From an uncultured Actinomycetes bacterium (lineage in GTDB: Bacteria; Actinomycetota; Thermoleophilia; RBG-16-64-13), in NCBI GenBank assembly GCA_963706025.1, contig CAVPLM010000019.1, positions 1 through 64,000 on the forward strand: 64,000 nt of DNA. The letters run 5' to 3'. Below, one piece after another: positions 1 to 10,701 of this stretch (position 1 is its first letter; each line of letters opens with the position of its first letter). The notes under the pieces are model-generated. The model was not told the DNA's origin and ran no database searches. It saw nothing but the letters and a program-made list of their open reading frames with translations. Made by a program: the position numbers and the translations under genes.

Positions 1-544
1 CGATCAAGGGGATCAACCACGACGCCTGCAGCATCGCGTCTATGCGCGCGGCAGGCACGGCGGCCCGCAACACGCCCTCAGACCAGGCCGCTTCGCTCGT
101 AGGGAGCGGAACAGCCACGTAGACCTCCTCCTGTTTCAGAGTGGCGGACTGGCGGCGCTCCCGACCTTCGTTCCCGGCCAGAGCTTGAGCCACTTCCGGC
201 CGATCTGCATGGTTGTCCAGATTGGCGGGATCGGCTTCCGAATCCGCGAGCACGGTTCCGTCGCGTGCGATCAGCGTGAAGCGCACTTCACCGTCAACGC
301 CGGCTTCGCGGGTGAGGTCCTGTAAGGTGGCGGTGTCGCTTCCCACCGCCATCCCGGTGTTGCTGTCCCACCCTGCCGCTGTCTCCAGCACCGCGGCGTA
401 CTGGTAGGCTTGACGGGCCATATCGTCCTGGAGGCGGTCGAGAAAGACGTCGCGGAGAATCAGGGCTGAGGCAAGAGCCACGATGCCGGCGAACACGAGG
501 GTGGTGAGGGCGAGGACAAGGGGGAGCCTCCAGCGGATGCGCAT
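1..544 (-). CDS. phoR: PhoR-like sensor histidine kinase, N-terminal part (runs off the window edge)
   Basis: Manual translation from ATG 544: MRIRWRLPLVLALTTLVFAGIVALASALIL (TM) ... RFTLIARDGTVLADSEADPANLDNHADRPEVAQALAG, typical of PhoR extracytoplasmic domains. Directly downstream of the response regulator and next to pst genes. Confidence 0.8.
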   Translation of the reverse strand, partial: MRIRWRLPLVLALTTLVFAGIVALASALILRDVFLDRLQDDMARQAYQYAAVLETAAGWDSNTGMAVGSDTATLQDLTREAGVDGEVRFTLIARDGTVLADSEADPANLDNHADRPEVAQALAGNEGRERRQSATLKQEEVYVAVPLPTSEAAWSEGVLRAAVPAARIDAMLQASWLIPLI

Positions 545-557
545 CAGTCGCCGCCCG

Positions 558-1271
558 TCAGCGGGGGGCTAGCCGGTAGCCCACGCCGCGCACCGTCTGC
601 AACGATACCTCGGCTTGTATTTGCTCGAGCTTGGCCCGCAGCCTGCGCACGTGGACGTCGAGGCTTCGGGAAGCGGGCAGATACTTGTGGTGCCACACCC
701 GTTCGACGATCTCCTCTCGGGGAAAGAGGTGCCCTGGTCGGGAGAGTAGCAGTTCCAGAAGGTCATGCTCCTTTGGGTTGAGGGCGACCTCGCCGTGGCT
801 GGTGCGGATAGCGTGCGTGTCCCTGTCGAGCACGAGATCACCCGTGCCTATAGTACCGCCATCCGTTCCCACTCCGCCGACCGTGATACCCGCGGGGGTC
901 CGCCGCAGGCGCGCCTGGATCCGGGCAAGCAGCACGTCGATATCGAAAGGCTTGGTGACATAGTCGTCCGCCCCGGAATCGAAACCCTCCAGCATCGTCT
1001 CGCGCTCGCTGCGGGCGGTGAGCATGATAATGGGGAGACTCGGTTTGCGGCGAATGATCTCCTTGCTCGCCGCCATGCCGTCCAGCGCCGGGAGCATGAG
1101 ATCCATGAGGACCAGGTCGACGTCGTGTGAAAGCGCGGTCTGCAGACCGGCGCGGCCGTTGTATTCCTGCAGGACCTCGTAGCCCGCACGACGCAGGTTG
1201 TAAGCGACAAGATCGGATATGGTGGCATCGTCCTCCACGAGGAGGATTTGTTTCTTGTCAGACTCCGGCAT
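558..1271 (-). CDS. phoP: OmpR/PhoB-family response regulator (PhoP/PhoB)
   Basis: REC domain (LLVEDD, DLMLP, GADDYVTKPF) plus winged helix (SLDVHVRRLRAKL, TVRGVGYR). Divergent from pstS. Confidence 0.88.
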   Translation of the reverse strand: MPESDKKQILLVEDDATISDLVAYNLRRAGYEVLQEYNGRAGLQTALSHDVDLVLMDLMLPALDGMAASKEIIRRKPSLPIIMLTARSERETMLEGFDSGADDYVTKPFDIDVLLARIQARLRRTPAGITVGGVGTDGGTIGTGDLVLDRDTHAIRTSHGEVALNPKEHDLLELLLSRPGHLFPREEIVERVWHHKYLPASRSLDVHVRRLRAKLEQIQAEVSLQTVRGVGYRLAPR

Positions 1272-1348
1272 ACCAGCTCCAAGGTCGCTTTTTGCGTGCG
1301 TCTAATGCTAGCGCGTCTCACTGCCCGTGTACCCCCAACGCACCGACA

Positions 1349-1381
1349 ATTAACGTCGCGGTAACCCTCAGTTAACATGCG
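1349..1381 (+). promoter_or_regulatory. Putative Pho box: three 11-bp direct repeat units
   Basis: ATTAACGTCGC / GGTAACCCTCA / GTTAACATGCG at exact 11-bp period between phoP and pstS. Resembles the actinobacterial GTTCACC-type unit. Confidence 0.7.
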
Positions 1382-1499
1382 GGGCCATGCTCGCTGTTAG
1401 CCTGTGGACGAGATTCGCGATCTCCGCCGAAGCGAAAACGAGAAGATCCACCAGTTGCACGGAGCAACACGGAACAAGCGAAAGAGGAGGAAGACAGGG

Positions 1500-2640
1500 A
1501 TGATTCTAAGGAGTAAGCGCGCACGCTGGATCGCCGTCCTGGCGATTGCGCTTGTTGCCGTGGCTGCGCTGAGTTTCGTGGCTGCCGGCTGCGGCGAAGA
1601 GGAAGAGACAACGACCACGATGGCGCCCGAGACCGCAACCACAGCCGCGGGAGAGACCACGACCACAGCCGCGCCGCTCAGCGGAAATCTGAATGGCGCG
1701 GGTGCCACCTTCCCCAAGCCGCTCTATGTCGAGTGGATCGGTGAATTCCAGACCGGGAGCCCGGATGTCAAGATCGACTATCAAGGCATCGGTTCCGGAG
1801 GTGGCATCGAGCAGTTCACCAAGCTCACCGTCGACTTCGGGGCCTCCGACGCTCCCATGAAGGACGAGGAGATCGCCGCGGCGGAAGCGGCCAGCGGCGC
1901 CAAGGTCCTGCACATCCCCACCGTCTTCGGTGCGGTGGTCTTGGCCTACAATCTCGAAGGCGTCCAGGAGTTGAAGCTGGACAGCGACACTCTGGCTGCG
2001 ATCTTCCTCGGCACCATCACCAAGTGGAACGACGCCAAGATCGCCGCTCTCAACTCGGGCGTGACCCTCCCCGATCAAGCGATCTCCACGGTCCATCGCT
2101 CCGATTCGTCCGGTACCACGAGCATCTTCACCAGCTACCTTGACAGCGTCAACGCGGAGTGGAGCAGCGCGGTTGGCAAAGGCAAGGAAGTGCAGTGGCC
2201 GGTAGGCGTCGGTGGTCAGGGGAATGACGGCGTGGCTGCGGTCATCCAGCAGACGGCCGGAAGCATAGGCTACGTGGAGCTTTCCTACGCCATCCAGTCA
2301 AAACTGCCCATGGCCGACCTCAAGAACAAGTCCGGCAACTTCATCGTCCCGAGCCTGGAGTCCACGTCTGCGGCGGCCGCAGGAGGCCCAGTTCCCCGAG
2401 GATCTGCGCTTCTCGGTCGCCAACAGCGACAACCCCGACGCCTATCCTATAGTCGGTGCTACCTGGATCCTCGCGTACGATAAGATGAAAGACGCCGCGA
2501 AAGTCGCTATCCTTAAGGCCTGGCTCACGTACTCCCTGAATGAGGGTACGGCGACCGCTGAGGCACTGGGCTACGCGCCTCTGCCCGAAGACCTGAAAGC
2601 CATGGCCCTCGACAAGGTCAATGCGATCGGTACTTTCTGA
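1500..2640 (+). CDS. pstS: Phosphate ABC transporter substrate-binding lipoprotein PstS (one frameshift near 2385)
   Basis: Lipobox VAAGC, GAGATFP, YQGIGSGGG, VHRSDSSGTT, IGYVE. The C-terminus (AYPIVGATW...LGYAPLP...AIGTF*) continues in another frame to TGA 2638-2640. Confidence 0.92.
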
Positions 2641-3586
2641 TCCCCCCGCCGGGACCCTGTCCGCGCGTCTCCGGCAGCGCAAGGGAGTCGGCCGTAGGGC
2701 CGACTCCCTGTTCGCGCTCGCGGCCGCCGGATGCGGTGTGCTCGTACTCCTGGCGCTGGCCTACATGGTCTTCTCGACCACTAGGACAGCTCTCCCGATC
2801 TTCCGGGCGGAAGGTATCTCCTTTGTCACCAGCAGCGAGTGGAATCCGAGCGCCGACAGTTACGGCATCCTGGCGTTCATCTACGGCACGGTGGTGACCT
2901 CTGTCGTCGCTCTCGTCATTGCGGTGCCGCTCAGTCTGGGTATCGCTCTCTTTCTCACCGAGTACTGCCCGAGAAGACTGAAGGGCCCCATCGTGTATGC
3001 CGTGGATCTGCTGGCGGCTGTGCCCAGCGTCATCTTCGGGCTCTGGGGTGTCTTCGTACTGCTGCCGCTATTCCTGCAGCCGGTGGCAAACTTCCTAGCT
3101 AAGTATTTGGGCTTCATTCCTATCTTTGCCGGTCCCGCCTCGGGTCTGTCCTACTTCGGGGCCGGGGTCATTCTGGGGATCATGATCACTCCTATTATCA
3201 GCGCTCTGAGCCGCGAGGTCCTGAGCACCGTCCCGCTTGCGGACCGCTATGCCGCCTATGCCCTTGGGGCAACCAGGTGGGAGATGATCAGGCAGTCCAT
3301 GCTTCCCCGGAGCTGGGGAGGCATCATCGGCGCCACCATGTTGGGGCTTGGCCGGGCCCTCGGTGAGACCATCGCCGTCGCCCTGCTGGTCGGCTCTGTC
3401 GCCAAGATAGATTTCTCCGTCGTCAAGCCGGGGCATACCATGGCTGCCGTGATCGCCAATTCCTTTGCGGAGGCGAACGCCAAAGATATACAGGCCCTGG
3501 TGGGCATCGGAGTGGTGCTTTTCGCCATGACGATCGTCATCAACATGCTCGCCCGCGGGCTCGTCTACCGCTTCACCCAGACATGA
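2621..3586 (+). CDS. pstC: Phosphate ABC transporter permease PstC
   Basis: DLLAAVPSVIFGLWG, ALGATRWEMI, LGRALGETIAV. Start codon uncertain. Confidence 0.93.
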   Translation: MRSVLSDPPAGTLSARLRQRKGVGRRADSLFALAAAGCGVLVLLALAYMVFSTTRTALPIFRAEGISFVTSSEWNPSADSYGILAFIYGTVVTSVVALVIAVPLSLGIALFLTEYCPRRLKGPIVYAVDLLAAVPSVIFGLWGVFVLLPLFLQPVANFLAKYLGFIPIFAGPASGLSYFGAGVILGIMITPIISALSREVLSTVPLADRYAAYALGATRWEMIRQSMLPRSWGGIIGATMLGLGRALGETIAVALLVGSVAKIDFSVVKPGHTMAAVIANSFAEANAKDIQALVGIGVVLFAMTIVINMLARGLVYRFTQT

Positions 3587-4539
3587 GCGCCAACCTACCA
3601 ATCGGCGGCAGCTCACATGCGACTGTCGCGGCCGGGAGCCTCAGCGACCGCTGGTCGGGTGACCGGATAGGGCCGGGAGTATCTCTTCGCGACTGCCGTC
3701 CGGCGCGCAGGAGGACCCTGCGGAATCGAAGGAACACGGGCTTGATCATTCTCGCGGTGGTTCTGACCTTGATCCCGGTGGTCATGATCCTTGTGCAGAT
3801 AACCCAGAAGGGCTTGGCCACTATGAGTTGGGAGTTCCTGACCTCCCCGGAGCCGCTGAGTCTGGTCAGGGAGGGGGGCGGCTTCCTCAACGGCCTGGTC
3901 GGCACCGCCATCATGGTAGGAATTGCCTCGCTGATCGCGATCCCACTGGGCATCTTGGCGGCGGTCTACCTGGTGGAGTATGGCAAGAAGAACTGGCTGG
4001 CAAAGCTGATCCGTTTCTTCTCGGATGTGATGACCGGCGTACCGTCGATCTTCGTCGGTCTATTCATCTACACGGCACTGGTCCTCGAGTACGGTTTTGG
4101 CGGTCTGGTGGGCGCCTTGGGTCTGGCCCTCATCATGATGCCCATCGTGGTGCGGTCCACCGAGGAGATGCTGAAGCTGGTCCCTCAAGATCTCAAGGAT
4201 GCGAGCTACGCTTTGGGAGCGGCGAAGTGGCAGACGGTCACCCGGGTGATCTTGCCTTCGGCTGCGCCGGGCATAGCAACTGGTTCCTGTCTGGCTGTGG
4301 CCCGCGCGGCGGGGGAGACGGCGCCGCTCATCCTAACGGCCCTTGGCTCCCTGTACCTGACCGCGAAGCTGTGGGGGGTGAACATGCAGTCCCTCACGCT
4401 CGCGATCTGGAGCGGGGCCCGGCAACCCTTCGAAGCGGGTCAGGGGAGGGCCTGGGCCGGCGCGCTTGAGCTGCTCGTCATAGTGCTCGTATTCACCGTG
4501 CTTGCCCGGATAATTGCCGCAAGGAGTAGAATTTCTTGA
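3583..4539 (+). CDS. pstA: Phosphate ABC transporter permease PstA
   Basis: [32 protein letters not shown]. Overlaps pstC by 4 nt. Confidence 0.93.
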   Translation: MSANLPIGGSSHATVAAGSLSDRWSGDRIGPGVSLRDCRPARRRTLRNRRNTGLIILAVVLTLIPVVMILVQITQKGLATMSWEFLTSPEPLSLVREGGGFLNGLVGTAIMVGIASLIAIPLGILAAVYLVEYGKKNWLAKLIRFFSDVMTGVPSIFVGLFIYTALVLEYGFGGLVGALGLALIMMPIVVRSTEEMLKLVPQDLKDASYALGAAKWQTVTRVILPSAAPGIATGSCLAVARAAGETAPLILTALGSLYLTAKLWGVNMQSLTLAIWSGARQPFEAGQGRAWAGALELLVIVLVFTVLARIIAARSRIS

Positions 4540-5480
4540 TGACCGTCGATACTAACGTCGCCACGCCCACCCTGGTGCGGGAGCCCGCGATGTCCGAAGA
4601 CATAACAGCGGAGGAGGTCTTGCCGCAAGAGCTGCAGGTAGCTCCGCCAGTGCCGGAGGTCAGATCATCTTCGGATGGTCACCGGCCCGCGGACCCGTCA
4701 GAACCGCCGGTCTTCTCTGTACGAGATCTGGATGTCTACTACGGCAAGTCCATCGCTTTGAAGGGCATCCAGATGGATATCCGGCCGCGCCGGATAACCG
4801 CCATCATCGGGCCCTCCGGTTGCGGCAAGAGCACACTCATCCGCTGCTTCAACCGCATGAACGAGCTCATACCCGGTGCGAAAGTGTCCGGGGAGATCCT
4901 CTATCACGGCGAGAACATCTATGCGCCAGAGGTGGATCCCGTGGTGGTGCGGCGCCACATCGGCATGGTCTTCCAGCGCCCCAACCCCTTCCCCAAGACG
5001 ATCTACGACAACATCGCATTTGGCGCGAGGATCAACGGCTACAAGGGAGACATGGACGAACTGGTCGAGCGGTCTCTACGCCGTGCGGCTCTGTGGGACG
5101 AGGTCAGAACGCAACTTAAGAAGAGCGCCCTCGACCTGTCGGGTGGCCAGCAGCAGCGGCTCTGCATAGCCCGGGCGATAGCCATCGAGCCCGACGTCAT
5201 CCTTATGGACGAGCCGGCATCGGCCCTGGATCCCATATCGACCGTTCGCATCGAAGACCTGATGCAGGAACTCAAGCAGGACTATTCCATCGTGATCGTG
5301 ACCCACAACATGCAGCAGGCGGCCAGGGTCTCAGATGAGACGGCCTTCCTCTACACAGAAGTGGATGAGGAAACTGCTTCGCGTTGGGGGATACTAGTGG
5401 AGATGGACGCGACCAGTCAGATCTTCACCAAGCCTCGGGACAGGCGGACCGAAGACTACGTCTCCGGCCGCTTCGGATAG
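4536..5480 (+). CDS. pstB: Phosphate ABC transporter ATPase PstB
   Basis: [40 protein letters not shown]. Confidence 0.95.
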   Translation: MMTVDTNVATPTLVREPAMSEDITAEEVLPQELQVAPPVPEVRSSSDGHRPADPSEPPVFSVRDLDVYYGKSIALKGIQMDIRPRRITAIIGPSGCGKSTLIRCFNRMNELIPGAKVSGEILYHGENIYAPEVDPVVVRRHIGMVFQRPNPFPKTIYDNIAFGARINGYKGDMDELVERSLRRAALWDEVRTQLKKSALDLSGGQQQRLCIARAIAIEPDVILMDEPASALDPISTVRIEDLMQELKQDYSIVIVTHNMQQAARVSDETAFLYTEVDEETASRWGILVEMDATSQIFTKPRDRRTEDYVSGRFG

Positions 5481-5507
5481 AACATTCGGAAAGGCAAAGT
5501 GTGACCG

Positions 5508-6158
5508 ATGCGTGATGCTTACCTGAAAGAACTGGAAAGCCTCGACCAGGACATCGTACGCATGGGCGCCTTGGTAGAGCAAAGCGTCCAGATGGTGACC
5601 ACCGCTCTCATGGAGGCCGACAGAGATCTCGCGCAGAAGGTCCGCGACGGCGATGAGCAGGTCGACGAGATGGTTCTGGACATAGAGAAACGCTGTCTGG
5701 TCATTCTGGCCCAGCAGGCGCCTGTCGCCGGCGACCTGCGTCTTGTCGTCGCCATCCTGCGAATAGTCGGAGATCTCGAGCGGGCCGGCGACCTGGCCTA
5801 CAATATCGCGAAGCTGGTTCAGTTGGATGACTTCCGCGAGCCGTCTTTGAAACCCGTCCGCGGCTTGGTCGCCGAGCTTGGTCGAGCATCAGCCTCCCTG
5901 CTGGGTAATGCCATAGATGCTTGGGCCACGAAGGACGAGAGCCTCGCGGCCGACCTGGCCCTTCGGGACAATAGATTGGACGAGCTTCACGCGGAGCTGA
6001 TCGGAAAGCTTATCGACCTCGACGGCGATGAGAACATCGGGCCTGCCCTCCGTCTGGCCATGGTCGGCCGCTATCTGGAGCGCATCGGCGATCATGCCGT
6101 CAATCTGGGCGAGCGTGTCCGCTACTTCATCACCGGCGACGCGGAATTCCTTACCTAA
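5508..6158 (+). CDS. phoU: Phosphate signalling protein PhoU
   Basis: QAPVAGDLR, DLERAGD, YLERIGDHAVN. Last gene of the pst operon. Confidence 0.93.
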   Translation: MRDAYLKELESLDQDIVRMGALVEQSVQMVTTALMEADRDLAQKVRDGDEQVDEMVLDIEKRCLVILAQQAPVAGDLRLVVAILRIVGDLERAGDLAYNIAKLVQLDDFREPSLKPVRGLVAELGRASASLLGNAIDAWATKDESLAADLALRDNRLDELHAELIGKLIDLDGDENIGPALRLAMVGRYLERIGDHAVNLGERVRYFITGDAEFLT

Positions 6159-6619
6159 TAATCCGTTCCCGCGGGGGACTCTCCGATTCATCCGGCCCGC
6201 GTCGCGTGTGGTCGCTCATCGGTTTAACGTTCTCGTATCCGTTCTGCCCCGCAGTTTTAGCTTCCGGTCTTCTATCTCTAGTACGGTGAGCAAGCGTCGC
6301 CGCTTCGATCGGCCAACGGGAAGGCACGATGAAACCCGGGCATCTGCCAGATGCGAAGATATGGTCCGGCGAGCTCCATCCGTCGGCCGGCATGCCCCTG
6401 CCGCCAACAGTGGCCGCGGCCGGCTCGGGTCTGTTGGGACCCATGCATGTTCAGGTATTTGAGGTCATAGTCGCCCAGGACGAGCCTCTGACTATCCGGC
6501 GTCTTAGCCTGGCTCACGAAGCTCTCCGTGGAAGATCTGCGCACAGTCGTCGAGAACCTCCTTGAGCTCCGTCTTCTCAGACGACTCAACACCGTGATCG
6601 AAAGCTATGTCGCCGCGCC

Positions 6620-6683
6620 GCGCCCCGGCGGAGAGCCGAGCGCGCTCCTGTCCCAAACCGGGGTGCGCCCCGGCGGAGAGCCG
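6620..6683. repeat. 19-bp perfect direct repeat, 2 copies
   Basis: GCGCCCCGGCGGAGAGCCG at 6620-6638 and 6665-6683, just past the stop of the SLH gene. Confidence 0.8.
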
Positions 6684-6685
6684 GC

Positions 6686-7930
6686 CTAGAGGCTTACCCC
6701 GCGCTCCGAGGCCATCTCCCGAAAGCGGCTCTCGATCGAGCGCAGCCGGTTCACGTAGCTGGCAAATCCGGAGACTCCCCGGCCGTAGTAGACCGCGGCG
6801 AACTCCTCCCAGAGCGGTCTTTCCGCGCAGAGGAGGGGCAGATAGAGGCCGTTCATCGCCGACTTGAGGTAGCGACCCCACGCCGCCATGCCTATCGCCG
6901 GGGTCGGGAAGGAGTACCAGTCCTTTCCGGCCACCCAGATCCGTCCGTCCGAGAGCTGACCCCAAGCGGTATCGCCCCCGTGGTAACGGAGGCAACCGAA
7001 GTTGTTGCTTCGGGCCAGCGCCCCTCCGAGCTCGGGATCACCCAGCGAGGTCTCGGCGGCCATTATCACCAACTGCGCCAGGGGAGGGATCCCGTACCAG
7101 GCGGCGTTCTGGAGCACCATCGCCCCGGTCACCGGGCTATGGTGAGGCTGGAACAGATATGTGTCCATGAAGGCCGCCAGAGCCTGCTGCTCCGGTGTGA
7201 AGCCCGCTACCTGGCCGGCCTCCATCGAGCCTTCCTCCAAAACGGTAGCCCGATAGAGCATGAGGCTCAGCTGCGCTCGAGTGACAGGGAGGGCCGGGTC
7301 AAGACGGTCTCCATCGCCTGAGAACAGCCCGCGCATAAGGGCCAAGGCCACAGAGGAGCGGGCCGCGTGGGACACGAGGCCCCGATCCGAGAACGGGGCC
7401 AAGGCTTCCTCGATCTGTTGGTCGGTGAGATCGGTCGCGGCTGCTTGCATGCCCAGACTGCGGACGACAACGATGGCCGTCTGCTGTCTCGAAAGCGACG
7501 CGCGTGGCCGGAACGTGCCGTCCGGGTACCCGGTCACCCACCCCGCAGCGAAGGCGGCATCCACGTATGGGGCGTAGATGGCGTCTACGTCGGAGAAGGA
7601 GGATCCGGGGCCGGACACGGCCGGCGTGCGCCACGAGACCAGCATCTTGGCTGCCTGGGCCCGGGTCACAAGGGCGTCGGGGCGGAATCCGCCGTCGGCG
7701 AAGCCGCTGATGACTCCCTGGGCGGCGAGGGCCTCGATGGCCTCGTGCGCCGGGTCGGTCTGAGCGACGTCGGGGAAGGTGGAGGGGTGGGCCTGCGCGG
7801 TCTGGACGAAAGGGGCTCCGAACAGCGTCAGGAGCATGAGAATCAGGGCGGAACCGGTGATCGCGATCGTTCTCAGTCTAGTGGTCTTTTGTGGTGTCTT
7901 GGTCGTTTCCAGCGTCTCTTTTCTCTTCAT
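6686..7930 (-). CDS. S-layer homology (SLH) domain protein with C-terminal glucosaminidase/lysozyme-like domain
   Basis: Signal peptide ending AQA, three SLH repeats (FPDV...GFADGGFRPDALVTRAQ; GYPDGTFRP; VTRAQ), C-terminal AAETSLG...NNFGCL. ATG 7930 is preceded by AGAGGT. Confidence 0.75.
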   Translation of the reverse strand: MKRKETLETTKTPQKTTRLRTIAITGSALILMLLTLFGAPFVQTAQAHPSTFPDVAQTDPAHEAIEALAAQGVISGFADGGFRPDALVTRAQAAKMLVSWRTPAVSGPGSSFSDVDAIYAPYVDAAFAAGWVTGYPDGTFRPRASLSRQQTAIVVVRSLGMQAAATDLTDQQIEEALAPFSDRGLVSHAARSSVALALMRGLFSGDGDRLDPALPVTRAQLSLMLYRATVLEEGSMEAGQVAGFTPEQQALAAFMDTYLFQPHHSPVTGAMVLQNAAWYGIPPLAQLVIMAAETSLGDPELGGALARSNNFGCLRYHGGDTAWGQLSDGRIWVAGKDWYSFPTPAIGMAAWGRYLKSAMNGLYLPLLCAERPLWEEFAAVYYGRGVSGFASYVNRLRSIESRFREMASERGVSL

Positions 7931-8145
7931 ACCTCTGCCTATGTCCGTTTGCAGCTGCATGAGAGCGGATGGAGTCGATGCCGGGCCGCGGCGTGCGTCG
8001 TCCGAGAGCGCGCGGGCGCCAGGGAACGCGCCTACGCGACCGGATAGCTAAGGGGATTCTTTAGGAGATGGGAGTCTCGCGACGCGCTTTGGGCCTGGTC
8101 AATACTCTCCAGCTCGCCCTCTGCCAAAGTCTAAGACTGTAGAGA

Positions 8146-10632
8146 CTAAGGCTGTTTGTCATACAACGGCGCCGGATGATACCAGGCCGGCGGACCGTTG
8201 TCACCCACACCGGCCGGCTCGCCCTTCGGGAGCGAGCGCACGGGGGGACGCTTCCGCGCTTCCGTCATTTCGGCCAAAGAGGCTCCCTGACCCTGGCCTT
8301 CCAGGTAGTCGGCCAGCTCTTCCGCGGCCATGGGTCTCCCCAGGTAGTAACCTTGCCCCTTGTCGCAGCCTAGGGACTCCAGAAGCCGCAGCTGCTCGCT
8401 GTATTCCACCCCTTCGCCGGTGACCTTGAGGCCCAGGGTGTGAGCCAACGCGGTGATGGAGCGCACTATCTCGAAGTCTGTCTGGCTGCTCACGATCCTC
8501 GCGATGAACGTGTGATCGACCTTGATCTCCTGGACCGGGAATGCGGTCAAGTGCTGCAGTGAAGACGAGCCGGTACCGAAGTCGTCGAGGCACATGGTGA
8601 TGCCGAGGCTGCCAAGCTCCCGCATCACCTGCCGGGACTTCCGGGGGTCTCGGATGAGGGCGGTCTCGGTGAGCTCGATGATGAGGTTCTCGGGCGTCAC
8701 TCGCCACTGGTCGAGGCACTCGAGAAGGGTGTTCATGAAGTCGCTCTCGGTCAGCTGGCGAGCGGAGAGGTTGAAGCTCACCGGCAACCCGGCAAGAGGG
8801 TTGCCGGGAATACGCCAGCGGCTGACTTGGCTGCACACCTCGTCGAGCACCAGGGCCCCCAGCGGGACCACCAGGCCGCTGTTCTCGGCCACCGCCATGA
8901 ACTCGTCCGGGAAGACCAGCCCACGTTGCGGATGGCGCCAGCGCACCAGAGCCTCAAGGGAAGAGACCACTCCCGTGCTCAGATCGATGATGGGCTGGTA
9001 CATCAGCGAGAAGTCCCTGCGTTCGATCGCCGCACGGAGGTCGTTCTCGTCTCTCATCGTCCGGAGCACCGATTTGTGCATCTGCTCGTCGAAGATGCGG
9101 TAGCAGTCCCTGCCCGCCTCTTTGGCCTGATACATGGCTGTGTCGGCAGCCCGCAGCAGATCATCCGGGTCCTGGTAGGACTCGTTCCAGATGACCACCC
9201 CGATGCTCGCCGTCGTCGACATCTCCTGTTTGCGGAACAGCACCGGCGCGCGCAGTTCCTCCTGGATCCTTTCCAGGATCGGTAGGACGTCGCGGACGCT
9301 CGTGATTTCGTGCAGCAGGATCATGAACTCGTCGCCCCCCATGCGGGCCACTGAGTCCGCCTCTCGGACGCAGGTCTTCAGCTTCGTGGCCACGCCCTCC
9401 AGCAGCACATCGCCGGCCAGGTGCCCGATACTGTCGTTGATGAACTTGAAGCGATCGAGGTCGAGCACGATCACCGCGAAGAGTGCGTCGGGCTGTCTGC
9501 GCGCCCGTTGGATGGCGTTCTCGAGCCTGGCCATGAACAGTATGCGGTTGGGAAGCCCGGTGAGACTGTCGGTGAGCGCCTGATCGCGCAGGCTTCTCTC
9601 CAGGCGGGCCCGATCGGTCACGTCGTGCACGACCAGGAGCCGCCCCAGCGCGCGGTCCCTCTTGCTGAGGGGGGTGATGTTCACCTCGAACTCTCGCTGA
9701 TAGCCGTCGCCTCCGGTGGTTATCTGAATGCGCTCAGTACCCGCGGCATAGGGCGCGGCCAGTTGCGGCCAGGCCTCCCAGGTCTCGGCGAGCGGCTGCG
9801 CCAATATGTCCGCCGTCGGCCGGTCGATGAGCTCGCGGGCAGCCTCGTTGAGGTCCACCACCCGGTCGGTCTCGTCGAGGACCAGCAGACCGTCCTTCAT
9901 GTTGTCCACCAGAACCCGCCGGGCCACGGGGACCAGCGTGAAGAGACGGAATCGGAACAGTCCCCAAGCCGCGATGACCCCCGCCAGCCCGAAGACCACA
10001 GGAGTGAAGTCGTGCCCGGGGAGCGTGCCGGGAAGGAGGATGTAGGCCATGTTCCACGCCAGAGTCACCAGCAGACCCAGGAATAGCACCAGTGGCTGGC
10101 CGCGCTGCGACCGCGGGGCTGTTGTCACCGCGAAGATGAGGAGGACGGCGGCGCAAAGAGCCGCGGCGTAGCTGTAGGTGGTCAGCACCCAGAACCAGGT
10201 GCCGAACGTGCGGCCCACTATCGCATAAGAGCCGCCTGTATCCAGCCAGACATCGGCGCGCATGAGATGGTGGAAGCCGTTGGTCCACAGCAGAACGAGC
10301 GAGACGGCGGGAACGATGCTTAGAAGGACCAGATTGCGCCGCTTGAGCCAGGAGCGCCGCCCGGTGTAGTCGAGGGCCATCACCAGCGAAAGGGTGGGGA
10401 TGAAGACGATTGCGACGTATTGGAGGTCGGCCCAGAACAGCTTCGCGTCGAGGCCGACCGCAGCCAGCTCCAGAGCGTCGCCCAGCGCCCAGAAGGCTGC
10501 CAATCCCGTGATGATGGCGAACGGAAGCGCGCCCGGGAGGGAGCGATTGCGCCAAGCGTGCCAAGCCAGCCCGATAGCGAGCGGGACGACGGCAGCAAGG
10601 AGCAGCAAGCTAGGTGTGAATGCGAATCGCAC
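8146..10632 (-). CDS. 7TM-PAS-GGDEF-EAL diguanylate cyclase/phosphodiesterase
   Basis: Multi-TM N-terminus (HisKA_7TM-like), PAS, DSLTGLPNR, READ I-site five residues before GGDEF, EALVRW, ELTE, DDFGTG, GQGY. Confidence 0.92.
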   Translation of the reverse strand: MRFAFTPSLLLLAAVVPLAIGLAWHAWRNRSLPGALPFAIITGLAAFWALGDALELAAVGLDAKLFWADLQYVAIVFIPTLSLVMALDYTGRRSWLKRRNLVLLSIVPAVSLVLLWTNGFHHLMRADVWLDTGGSYAIVGRTFGTWFWVLTTYSYAAALCAAVLLIFAVTTAPRSQRGQPLVLFLGLLVTLAWNMAYILLPGTLPGHDFTPVVFGLAGVIAAWGLFRFRLFTLVPVARRVLVDNMKDGLLVLDETDRVVDLNEAARELIDRPTADILAQPLAETWEAWPQLAAPYAAGTERIQITTGGDGYQREFEVNITPLSKRDRALGRLLVVHDVTDRARLERSLRDQALTDSLTGLPNRILFMARLENAIQRARRQPDALFAVIVLDLDRFKFINDSIGHLAGDVLLEGVATKLKTCVREADSVARMGGDEFMILLHEITSVRDVLPILERIQEELRAPVLFRKQEMSTTASIGVVIWNESYQDPDDLLRAADTAMYQAKEAGRDCYRIFDEQMHKSVLRTMRDENDLRAAIERRDFSLMYQPIIDLSTGVVSSLEALVRWRHPQRGLVFPDEFMAVAENSGLVVPLGALVLDEVCSQVSRWRIPGNPLAGLPVSFNLSARQLTESDFMNTLLECLDQWRVTPENLIIELTETALIRDPRKSRQVMRELGSLGITMCLDDFGTGSSSLQHLTAFPVQEIKVDHTFIARIVSSQTDFEIVRSITALAHTLGLKVTGEGVEYSEQLRLLESLGCDKGQGYYLGRPMAAEELADYLEGQGQGASLAEMTEARKRPPVRSLPKGEPAGVGDNGPPAWYHPAPLYDKQP

Positions 10633-10701
10633 GCTGGTTCCTCACCCGTTTTGTCGGCATAACGGGGGAGGAACTGAAGCGGGCGGCGGCCTTGGCCAGG
10701 G

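Noticed and set aside
7931-8145. Possible c-di-AMP (ydaO) riboswitch upstream of the wall hydrolase
   Set aside because: The context would fit, but I found no consensus elements on the minus strand.
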